Source: Chitinophagaceae bacterium (GTDB taxonomy: Bacteria > Bacteroidota > Bacteroidia > Chitinophagales > Chitinophagaceae). Taken from it: DNA of 64,000 nucleotides. How positions within the stretch are numbered: position 1 is the stretch's first letter; each line of letters starts with the position of its first letter. The stretch is taken from positions 387 through 64,386 of the forward strand of contig JANOEQ010000108.1 in NCBI GenBank assembly GCA_031441485.1. The letters are read 5' to 3'. The position numbers were made by a program, and so were the translations under genes. The notes beneath the pieces are model-generated. The model made no database searches and was not told the origin of the DNA. It saw only the letters and a program-made list of their open reading frames with translations. Below, in pieces: positions 8,964-18,600 of this stretch.

Positions 8964-9971
8964 CTAAATATGGTCCAATGCCTGCTGTAAAAAAGGGTAC
9001 CGGAATGTATACCCGGCTGATTCAATCTTCCGGCTGCTTACTGTAGTGCTTTTCAGAATTTCCACACTCATTTCACCCAGCACCCATTTCAAAATAAAAG
9101 CCGGAACATGCACAGAGATAAAGAATCTTTTTCTGCTTTTTGCTAAAGTCAGCGTCAATTCTTTATTGGAAACCGGGTTAGGTGCCACTGCATTATACAC
9201 ACCGCTCAGTGCTTCATTTTCTATAGATGCAATAAACAGCTGTACCAGGTCATCTATATGTATCCAGCTGATCATTTGTTTTCCATTACCCAATATAGCT
9301 GCCACACCGGCTTTTAATGGTTTCAAAAATTCTTTTAAAGCACCCCCGTCCTTACTCAATACAATTCCTATTCTCAGTTTTACCAGGCGCTTGCCACTTT
9401 GTATCACAGGTTCAATACTTTCTTCCCATTGCCTGCAGGTTTGCCCCAGGAAATCTTCGGCAGGGATATCTGTTTCTACGAACTTTCGGACACCGCCCCC
9501 TTCTCCACTCCGTGGAGAAGGGTTGGGGATGAGGTCCTCACCTTGTGGAGAGGGGCTGGGCTTGCCCTCCGAAGCCTTAGCGAAGGAGGGGATGAGGTCC
9601 GCCCCATACCATCCAATAGCCGATGCACTAATCACCGCTTTCACCCGATTAGGAATTTTGTTCAAACTATCCACGATCAGCTTACTGCTTTGCACACGGC
9701 TGTCAACTATTTCTTTCTTCCGCATTTTTGACCATCTTTTTTCCGCCACACCAGCCCCAGCCAGGTGAATAATATAATCGGCTTCGGCAATGGCTTCTTT
9801 ATCGATGGTTTGCAAGTCTGTATTCCAGGCAGCATAGGTTAAATTTGGAATACCCGATATTTTATTGCTTTGCCGGGAAAGTATAATTACACTGTAACCT
9901 TTTTGCAATAATGCCTGTCCAAGTGCTTTGCCGACGAGACCTGTTCCGCCTGTTATTACTATCGTTGCCAT
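8964..9971 (-). CDS. TIGR01777/YfcH-like NAD-dependent epimerase family protein carrying an in-frame repeat insertion
   Basis: The Rossmann motif MATIVITGGTGLVGKA lies right after the ATG at 9971, so I prefer that start over 10034. The C-terminal part is DUF1731-like. It is about 39 codons longer than the usual ~300 aa. Confidence 0.85.
   Translation of the reverse strand: MATIVITGGTGLVGKALGQALLQKGYSVIILSRQSNKISGIPNLTYAAWNTDLQTIDKEAIAEADYIIHLAGAGVAEKRWSKMRKKEIVDSRVQSSKLIVDSLNKIPNRVKAVISASAIGWYGADLIPSFAKASEGKPSPSPQGEDLIPNPSPRSGEGGGVRKFVETDIPAEDFLGQTCRQWEESIEPVIQSGKRLVKLRIGIVLSKDGGALKEFLKPLKAGVAAILGNGKQMISWIHIDDLVQLFIASIENEALSGVYNAVAPNPVSNKELTLTLAKSRKRFFISVHVPAFILKWVLGEMSVEILKSTTVSSRKIESAGYTFRYPFLQQALDHI
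9488..9604. repeat. REP-like GC-rich element (GGGGATGAGGT family) inserted in frame in the yfcH-like CDS
   Basis: Contains the perfect hairpin CCTTCTCCAC-tcc-GTGGAGAAGG and two copies of GGGGATGAGGTCC. It is translated as PSPSPQGEDLIPNPSPRSGEGGG. A related element lies at 57984-58063. Confidence 0.6.
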
Positions 9972-10026
9972 ATTGAGATTTAAAGATAACGCTAATGTAA
10001 CAGCCGGGATCGGAATCAGTTCATCC

Positions 10027-10152
10027 GGGTGCATTTCAAATTGTCGCTTTTGACCCCAGCCCGAGGGGCGGCAAATTCTTTTTATACGATTATTCAGTAT
10101 TTGGTCTGCGAGTCCTGAAAGATTTAAGTTGCGACAATTTTTAAATGCACCC
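10027..10152. mobile_element. MITE-like element, copy 1 (126 bp, ~21-bp TIR, perfect 8-bp TSD)
   Basis: The TIR is GGGTGCATTTCAAATTGTCGC ... GCGACAATTTTTAAATGCACCC. It is flanked by direct GTTCATCC at 10019-10026 and 10153-10160. It is homologous to 40724-40845 in inverted orientation. Confidence 0.7.
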
Positions 10153-10239
10153 GTTCATCCGTAAAACAGTTCATTTTATCTTGGTTCTTTTGAGCGATAA
10201 AAAGAAACCGCTATCTTCATCTGACAATTAATAATTTTT

Positions 10240-11154
10240 ATGAGTGTTGTTCTTTCAATTAATAAGCTGGCAAAGTCTTATGGGCCCGTACGGGCCCTAA
10301 ATGGAGTGTCGTTTGATGTACCCAAGGGCAGTGTATTTGGCATTTTGGGACCGAATGGAAGTGGTAAAACCACTCTGTTGGGTATCGTAATGGACATCTT
10401 AAATGCTTCCGGGGGAAGTTATAGCTGGCTGGGACAACCCGGCAGCGATCAGCAAAGAAGGCAGATCGGCACTTTGCTGGAAACGCCCAATTTTTATCAT
10501 TATTTAAGCGGAGAAAAAAATCTTATCATTTCTGCAGCCATCAAGCAACAACAGGGTGATGATATTTCCCAGGTGTTGCAAACCGTAAACCTGCTCCAGC
10601 GGAAAGATTCTAAATTCAGCAGCTACTCACTGGGTATGAAACAAAGACTGGCAATCGGATCGGCCCTGCTGGGCAATCCAGACATCCTGGTATTTGATGA
10701 ACCTACCAATGGCCTCGACCCCGCGGGAATAGCAGAGATAAGAGAACTAATAAAAGAACTGAACCAGCAAGGCAAAACCATTATTATGGCCAGCCATATA
10801 CTCGATGAAGTGGAAAAAGTATGCACCCATGTAGCTATCATACAAAAAGGCAACCTGAAAACAGCCGGCACCGTAGCCAATGTACTGAGCAATACTTCCG
10901 ACAGCAGCACCACTATTGAAATAGCATCAGATGATAACGAAACACTGGAAGCAATTGTCCGCAAGATGCAAGGGGTCAACAGCGCTACACAAAAAGACGG
11001 CCTGCTGATTCTAAACTGTACAGAATTGGTGACACCGGCCTCTATTAACAGGTATTGTTTTGAAAACGGAATTTTGCTCAATCAACTGGTGATGAAAAGA
11101 AAAACACTCGAAACAAGATTCCTTGAAATCACCGGCAACCAGAGCGACCGTTAA
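10240..11154 (+). CDS. ABC transporter ATP-binding protein
   Basis: Walker A GPNGSGKTT, ABC signature YSLGMKQRL, Walker B ILVFDEP. Confidence 0.9.
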   Translation: MSVVLSINKLAKSYGPVRALNGVSFDVPKGSVFGILGPNGSGKTTLLGIVMDILNASGGSYSWLGQPGSDQQRRQIGTLLETPNFYHYLSGEKNLIISAAIKQQQGDDISQVLQTVNLLQRKDSKFSSYSLGMKQRLAIGSALLGNPDILVFDEPTNGLDPAGIAEIRELIKELNQQGKTIIMASHILDEVEKVCTHVAIIQKGNLKTAGTVANVLSNTSDSSTTIEIASDDNETLEAIVRKMQGVNSATQKDGLLILNCTELVTPASINRYCFENGILLNQLVMKRKTLETRFLEITGNQSDR

Positions 11155-11186
11155 CCAATTACCACTAAAAGAAATTACAACTATTT

Positions 11187-11984
11187 ATGCTTCAATTATT
11201 AAAAATAGAATGGCTGAAAGTAAAAAACTACAAGGCCTTCTGGATTTTGCTGATTTTGTATATCGTGGCCATTGTGGGAGCTAATGCCATTGCCTATTCA
11301 ATAAATAACCAGGTAAGAGAAAGTTCAGCAGGAAGTATTTTACCCTCCCTGTACACCTTCCCCACCACCTGGAATATGGTAACTTTTGTTTCCACCTTCC
11401 TGTTTCTGTTTCCCGGCCTGCTTATCATTAATCATACCGGCAATGAATTCAGTTTTAAAACAAGCCGCCAGAATATCATTGACGGATGGGGTAAAAAAGA
11501 TTTCATTTCCGTGAAATTATTATTTGCGGTGGTTATCAGTGCTGTGGCCACCCTTACAGTCTTTTTAACCGGCCTCCTGTTTGGCTTTATGGCTTCAGAC
11601 GGCAGCTCAGAACCTATAACCACCAACCTTCACTTTGTTCTTTACTTCTTTCTGCAAACACTTTTATATTGTATTGTGGCAATATTCATCGTGCTATGGG
11701 TAAGAAAATCGGGATTGGCTATTGGTATTTATTTTGCTTACAGCCTGGTGATTGAAAACCTACTCGCCGGTCTTATCTTTTGGGTGTTGAAAGACAGTGG
11801 CAATGCCAAATTCAATCAGGTATTACCGCTGCAATCATCAGACGCTTTAATCAGGACGCCTAAGATAGAATCCCTTATTCCGGGGCAAAATTTTTCTGAC
11901 CCTGTATTGCTGGTGCTGGTGGGTTTTTATATCATTTTCTTTTCATGGCTCAGCTACCGGAATTTTATCAAAAGGGATTTGTAG
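11187..11984 (+). CDS. ABC-2-type transporter permease
   Basis: About six hydrophobic spans, immediately downstream of the ATPase gene. Confidence 0.75.
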   Translation: MLQLLKIEWLKVKNYKAFWILLILYIVAIVGANAIAYSINNQVRESSAGSILPSLYTFPTTWNMVTFVSTFLFLFPGLLIINHTGNEFSFKTSRQNIIDGWGKKDFISVKLLFAVVISAVATLTVFLTGLLFGFMASDGSSEPITTNLHFVLYFFLQTLLYCIVAIFIVLWVRKSGLAIGIYFAYSLVIENLLAGLIFWVLKDSGNAKFNQVLPLQSSDALIRTPKIESLIPGQNFSDPVLLVLVGFYIIFFSWLSYRNFIKRDL

Positions 11985-12196
11985 GAATTTTTCTATAGAA
12001 AATACTATTGCACTTGTTTCATACAAACAGATTTCTCTCCCGGTGTTTGGGAAATACTGATTGCGTATACTAATGTCACCCCTTCGGGGTTTAATTCCAA
12101 AAACGATCTGTTCTTTCTATATTAATATCATCCCTTCGGGATTGAAAACACGAAAGGCAATAAAACCCTGCTATTGTATCCCTGCGGATTGCTTTT

Positions 12197-12574
12197 TAAT
12201 CGGAATGTCTTTATTCCCTTGCGCAGCATCCTGCAGTGAAGGGAGCTATAAAACCCTGTTATTGTAAAAGGCTACGCAGCTCAAATACATATAAAACTTC
12301 CAGCTCCGCAAAACAGAAATGTTACCACCTCCCTTTAGGGAATAAAGAAACTTACGCTATCAGAGAATTTGCAGGGGTATTCGCGGCGAAACCCCTGCAA
12401 ATTGTTTCCTAATCGGAATGTCTTTATTCCCTGAAGGGCGAATTGAAACCCTGTTATTGTAAAAGGCTACGCAACTCAAATACATGTAAGACTTCCAGCT
12501 CCGCAAAACAGAAATGTTACCACCTCCCTTTAGGGAATAAAGAAACTTACGCTATCAGAGAATTTACAGGGGTA
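12197..12574. repeat. tandem duplication of a ~195-213-bp non-coding module
   Basis: The TAATCGGAATGTCTTTATTCCCT unit starts at 12197 and again at 12410. A ~128-bp core (AAACCCTGTTATTGTAAAAGGCTACGCA...CAGAGAATTTRCAGGGGTA) repeats with only a few mismatches. A long hairpin lies at 12366-12403. Confidence 0.75.
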
Positions 12575-12636
12575 CTTTCAGAAAATTTACAGGGGGTATC
12601 TCGGGCACAATGTACCGGAACAGAGTTCCGGTGTCC

Positions 12637-15600
12637 TTATTGTGCCAGCGACACCCTTATCTGTAATCCTCCCCTCGTATTGGTGATGGGGAATGCATTA
12701 CTGATCTTGGGTATGTTGCGGTTTTGTTCGAAATATAATTTTAAACTCACCCTGTTATTCACCACATAGTCAATTGACGGAGCGATACGAATTACTTTCT
12801 GCCCGGCAGTTCCGAATGAGGTTCCCTGATCGAGTTTGCTATTGGCTGTTGCATCATCCCGCAAACTGAAATCTATCCGGATGGTTACATCATTATCTAA
12901 TTGCTTTTTCATAAAAGGCAATTTCTTGATCAACGGCACTCCCTTCTGCCTCCAGTTCAACCCAAAAGTCATTTCGGTGGAACGGTTTTCTGCCAACTGG
13001 TAATCAATCAGGCTCAAGCTCAGTGTACGGCTTTTCTTATATTCAAATCTTGTTTGCAACTGGTTGGTGAATGTCATGTCTATTTCTATCAGCGGATCAA
13101 ATGATTCCTGTATAGTAATATTCGGCACCAGGAAATAAGGAATGTAGTTTCCGGTAAGCGGGTCCACAAAACTTGGATATCCTATCCGCAACGGGTCAGC
13201 AAAAAGCAGCGCTGTATTAAAACTGTTCATGCTGAACGTACTGTGATAGCCATGACGCAATGTGAAATTGGTAAATATTTTATCCAATCCCGGCAGTCTT
13301 GATAATCCATTGTAAGTAATCGTCCAGTTTGGTTTTGGTGTAATACCGGAAAATGGATTGGACCGCAGATTAGGATTACTATTCTTGGCGATATTCACAT
13401 TCAGCGGATCTTTTTTCGTATAGGCCGCAATAAAGGCAGGGATCACCACATCCTGAGAATACCTTCCATATCCTTTGAAGTAGGCCGGATCGTTAGGGTC
13501 CACCACACCACCCTGGTAATTATTCTGGAAGGCCAGTTTCCTTGACAAGATAGCCCTGTTGCTTTCAAAGGTTTTAAACGTCTCAGAAATAACATTGGGG
13601 TCAAACTTGTTGAACAGTGTTTTATACGAAATATAACTGACGTTGAAACTGCCCAATGCATACGGGTTCAATCGCTGCAGAGGTTCAGGTTTGTCTTTAC
13701 CATCTATATCTTTATAAAGTTCAGAATAATCTTTAGAGAAAGTCTTGTCCATGTTAAGGTCAATATTGAAATCACGGAAAGGACTTAATTGTGCCGTCAG
13801 GTTCAGCTTCTGATTATAGCGTTGCCGAATCATTTCACTTACTAATGAATCCCTGGAGAGTAAACCTCTTGCCCCGAAATTATTGATCCAGTTGGTATCG
13901 GGCTGGTAACCGAAAATAAATCCGAAGCCCGGTTCCTTGCTTTTAGGATTATAGCCGAGCAATTTGGTGCTGTCCATATAACCGGGCAATGTGGTACCCA
14001 TATCCTCTGTATATTGAATACCCACTCTTTTCAGCGAGGTTACCATGCGAAGGAAAAACTTGGGAATATTACCCACTTCCGGCAAATCATTCGGATCCCT
14101 CTTTTGTTTTTTTACCTTCTTTACTTTTGGCTTCTTTATTCGGATGATCTTTCCTTTCTTATTGCGGATGGTATCAGCTTTTGCCACACCGGCATTACCC
14201 TGCTGATTAAGCTGCTGATCAAGCCCGGTGTTTCCTGCTGTATTACCTTTTTCATCTTTGCCCTTATTGCCCTTATTACCTTTACCACCACTTTTACCGC
14301 CCCCTGGCTGATTAGCACCACCTGCCTTATTACCCGGAGGATTAGGAGAGTTGGTACTGACCGCCCGCAGGAACCTCCATTTATTATACAGCTCTTCAAA
14401 TTTAAATTCTCCGTTGATGGTCCTTGTTTGTGTGTTGGAAAGCCTATGCCCCAGATCAATTGAATCTGTTCTTGCCAGCAATGAACCGGCCAGCCAGTTG
14501 TACCTGGTATTATAACTGGCCCTGATGGTGGTCCAGTCCAGCAACGGGATTTTATTGGTGGGCAGGTTATAATTAATGGTAACATCCTGGCTGAAATCCG
14601 TATTGCGTCCGCCTTTCAATACATTGTCCTTTACTGTACCCTTCTTATCCCTTGTATCTATTCGCCCTTCCGGTTCATCGATACGGGCCCGGTTGGTGGC
14701 GCTGTAATCAATAGAGATTGAACGGGTGAGGTTCCACTGCATGATATAATACCTGTCGAACGTAAAGTATTTATTGTAGGTTTCCGGAACCTTATACGGC
14801 CCCCCATCCACATTTCTTGGCCGGGTGGCACCAAACTGGCGAAACACATCAGCTTTGAATGAAATTTGTGAAGGGGCATAATTAAAGTTCACTTCTTTAA
14901 TCAATGCCAGCCATTTAGAATTGGACTTGATCAGTTTTTTAAATGGCTCAAAAGGTTTTGTTTGTGGTGCATAAGTATACCCCAGCGCACCCCTTGTACG
15001 GCGCAGCTCATCCCTTTCTATCAGCGGATTGTGGCTGAGTGTTTGTATATAGGAATAATTGAAATCAAAATTGGTGACACTCCATGGTTTCGGCCGCTTA
15101 CCATCTGTTTTCAGTTTTCTTACATTCGTAAAGTTTACGGTTTTGATGGTGGTGATATCCTGCGCATTATTCCGGATAGAGTCCCTGTTTTTTGGGTCGG
15201 CCTCTTTTAATTTTTCTTTCAGGTTTATATCAAGATCATAAGGATCGTATTCCGGAGTACTGCTGGTACGGCTGATACCGGCATACACAGGTATCTGCAC
15301 ACCTAATTTTTTAGGTAATAATTTACCGGCTTCTATAGTAGCAGAAGCATCAATCGTATACACATCTTCCCTGCTTCTTTCATTTACTCTTTGTTCTAAT
15401 GTTCCAAAGCCATTGCTTCTTGCGGTGGCAGATAAGGATATAGATCCAAGATCGGCCAGTCGTATATCCGTACGGGCCAATGCAGCCCATCCGCCTTTTT
15501 CATCCAATTGCGAAAGGCGAAGTTCATTGAACCATATTTCTGTACAGGCACTTTCCTGTGTGATGTTTTCCACCCCCAGCAGCATGCCCCTCACTTCACC

Positions 15601-18600
15601 AAGGTTAGGATTACCAATAATGGCATAAGTTCTGCCATTGGCCAGTGTTTCTTTAAAATATACTGATGGCTGTACCCCCTGCTTGTTTCTTTTTATTTTC
15701 AATTTGGTCAGATCGTCCAGCGAAAAATCGAGATAGTTTTCTCTTGGCCATATCCTGGCAGAATCGGTAGTGCCAAAGGGAGTTACTTTGAGAGGGATTT
15801 TTATTTCATAATAATTGCCGGAAAAATCATTTCCAATACGTATCACAGCTTTCAGGTCGCCATCTTCAATCGGCTGCGCATTTTTTACAGATTCTGCATG
15901 TATGAACATGGAGAGCTTTCCGTACTGGCGCATATCCAGGTTCAATGTTTTAAATACACCACGGGCTTCATCCTGGGGGAGGCCGCATACCTGCATACTG
16001 ATAGACTGTTCATTCAGAAACAGGGCCACATTATTATTACTCAGTTGCTGTTGCCTTTCTATACCCGGTGGTATACGGTAAGGAATGGGGTCACGCTGAT
16101 CATTCTCTTCAATATTTACGGCCAGTACATTTACAGTAGTAGGATCGGGCAAAGGCAGGTTAACAAAATTTCCTGTACTGTCAATCTTACTTCTGAATTT
16201 TCTCCATTGGTTACGCACCAGTTCCAGTTTACCAAAACGCATTACTACGGAATCTTCAAAACCGGTGGCAAACATCCTGATAAAACGGATGGATTTGAAA
16301 TCGGGGATATTGCCCACTTTTGCCGAAAACTGATCAACGGGTATGCGGAACAGGTACCACTTCTCCGTACGTGTTTGTCCATTGGGCAGTGTAACAGTTG
16401 GTGTTCTCACATCGGTAATGTAATTACTGCCTGCAAACATATTGGGTTTGATGTCCACTTTATACTGAAAATATTCTTCTACTTCATTCATGGTATTATC
16501 CCTGTTCAGTTCTTCAGCATCGGGATATTGGGTAAATGCATTTACAAACTGTGTATTATTTTCTGAAATGGGTGAATTACCATGCGGGTTATTAATATTT
16601 TTATAGCGCTTTAAAATACCTGCTACATTCCCGGCTGCATCAAAAGACTGATCACGATACGGTTTAAAATTATCTGCAGATGGGTCTGGTAATGCATTCA
16701 GATAAACAGGAGATGTGACGCCAAAATTTGTCCGTAAGCTATTAAGATAGGGTGTAAATTTCCTGGTTTCGGCTGTATCTACCAGTCCATCATATCCAAC
16801 ATCCTGAAACTGGCGGTCATTCGGTTCATTGCTGAATGCATTGGTAACCTGCAATGGATTAGAAGGTGCTCTTCCCCAAACCGTACTGTTATCTACCGGC
16901 GAATTGATAGTGGGGGTAGGCAAGCCATTTTCATACATTCTTTTTCCATCCCTTACAATATCTTCAGAAATATTACCGAGGTTAAAATATAATTGACCGC
17001 CATTGGGGTTTGCTGTGTTTCTAATGAACGGATCCTGCAACCAGAATTCGATATACTCAATATTACCGGTTTCAAAATCTGTCTGGTCAATATTGCGCAT
17101 CAGTCCACCCCAGGCTTTTGTTGGAACCCGGAGTTTACCATTGGCATCTAATCTTAATGGATCAGTTTGAAAATTATACGGGCCCCTTTCTTTTGGATAA
17201 AAAGCAAGGTCAAATGTTTGTAATAAGCCCTCACCAAACTGGGTGCTTCTTTTAGGGAAAATTTCTTTTTGCAATACCTGTCTTGTTTCCGGCTTTGATA
17301 ATTCCTCCACATCTTTAATCGGGTTGTTTGCATTTCTTTCCTGCAATACTGATTCAATATTATACCAGGCCATTTTGGCCCTGTTATATCCGCTGCTCAG
17401 ATCATTGTTATTTGCTGATTCAGGAAATAAACCATTGCCCTGTGGCACAGAAGCCAGTGTCCAGCTGATAAGCGGAAAACGAAGGTCGATACCGGAACGG
17501 GTACCTTCAAAATCATCAATGTATACTTGTCCGCCTTTTTCCGCACCCCCATCGCTGTTAGTTCCGTTTATTTGTTTCGCATGTCCGGGGTCCAGCAGCG
17601 CTGCTTCTGCATAAGCTGTAATGGACGACATTGTTTTAGTAGAATAGAATGGTAGTTTGTCAAGCCATTTGGTAAGACGGGGCAGGTTGTTACGATAATC
17701 CAGGTCCACTCCATACATGGTATTCTTAATGGGGTCTTCACCATACGATTGTTTGATAAAGAAAGGACGCTCACCCAGTTTTACAATGGTGCCACCGAGT
17801 GATAATTTTTTACTGGCCATATAATCCAGCCGCAAGCCCAGGAAATTTTTTTGCTGGAAGCCAAAGGCCTGGTTGTTTTCTGAATTAACCTGAACAGGAA
17901 CACCTGAATTAATAATGGCCTGGTTGGTGATACGTAAGGTGCCTAAATCATAATTCACTTCATAGTCCACATTTTCCTGCAGCACCTGGCCATTGGCAGT
18001 AACTGATACAGAACCACGGGGAACATTATATCCTATCTGATATTCATTAGAACCACCCACACCGCCGGCTCCTGCTATACCGCCGCCACTTTGCGAGCCG
18101 GATGTTTTAGATCTGCCGGTAATTTTAAACCTGTTAAGGTTGGCGTATGTCTGTGCTATTGCTTTGATGGTATCATACAATGGGTAATAGAGATACTTAT
18201 CCCGCAATGCCTGTGTGGCATATACATAATCAAGATCATGCCCGAATGGCTCCAGTACCGGGAAAATGATCCGGCTTTGCGTGGAGATAACGGTGTATCC
18301 TTCCACAAAGTCAAAGACACCATCCGGCTGGGGATCATTTTGATTATTCAGCCGGTCCAGGTTGGTCAGCCGCAGTATTGGCAATCCTTCATACGTATTG
18401 ATCACATCAGCAGGTGGTAAATAATTTTTTTCGCCAAGGCTGGGCTCTTCATATTTCAGATCGAGTTTAAAATCCTGTCTTTCCAATTGTCCATAGCCCA
18501 CTGAGTACACATTCTTCATCATCAGGTCCCAGATAGGCAGGTTGGTGCGTTGTGAAGTGGCTTTTAATAATTTCAGGAACAACACCCGTTGCGATGTACC

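Noticed and set aside
9046-9768. 240-aa + strand ORF opposite the yfcH-like gene
   Set aside because: The minus-strand frame has the Rossmann GGTGLVG motif and family-typical C-terminus. The plus-strand frame is Ser/Leu/Pro-rich with no features, and it is open partly because of the GC-rich repeat insert.
9972-10034. Longer N-terminal extension of the yfcH-like ORF (start at 10034)
   Set aside because: The extension reads into the MITE terminal repeat (10027 onward) and precedes the canonical MATIVITGGTG start.
12061-12769. ORFs 12061-12267 and 12443-12769 in the tandem-repeat region
   Set aside because: They lie in duplicated non-coding modules. The two modules are not kept in a common reading frame, and the second ORF runs antisense into the sprA 3' end.
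14014-16566. ORFs of 149-222 aa inside sprA (14014-14463 and 15898-16566 on the + strand; 14136-14585 in an alternative - frame)
   Set aside because: They lie wholly within the well-supported 2480-aa SprA frame. Their composition is low-complexity or Leu/Ile/Phe-rich, typical of antisense and off-frame translation.
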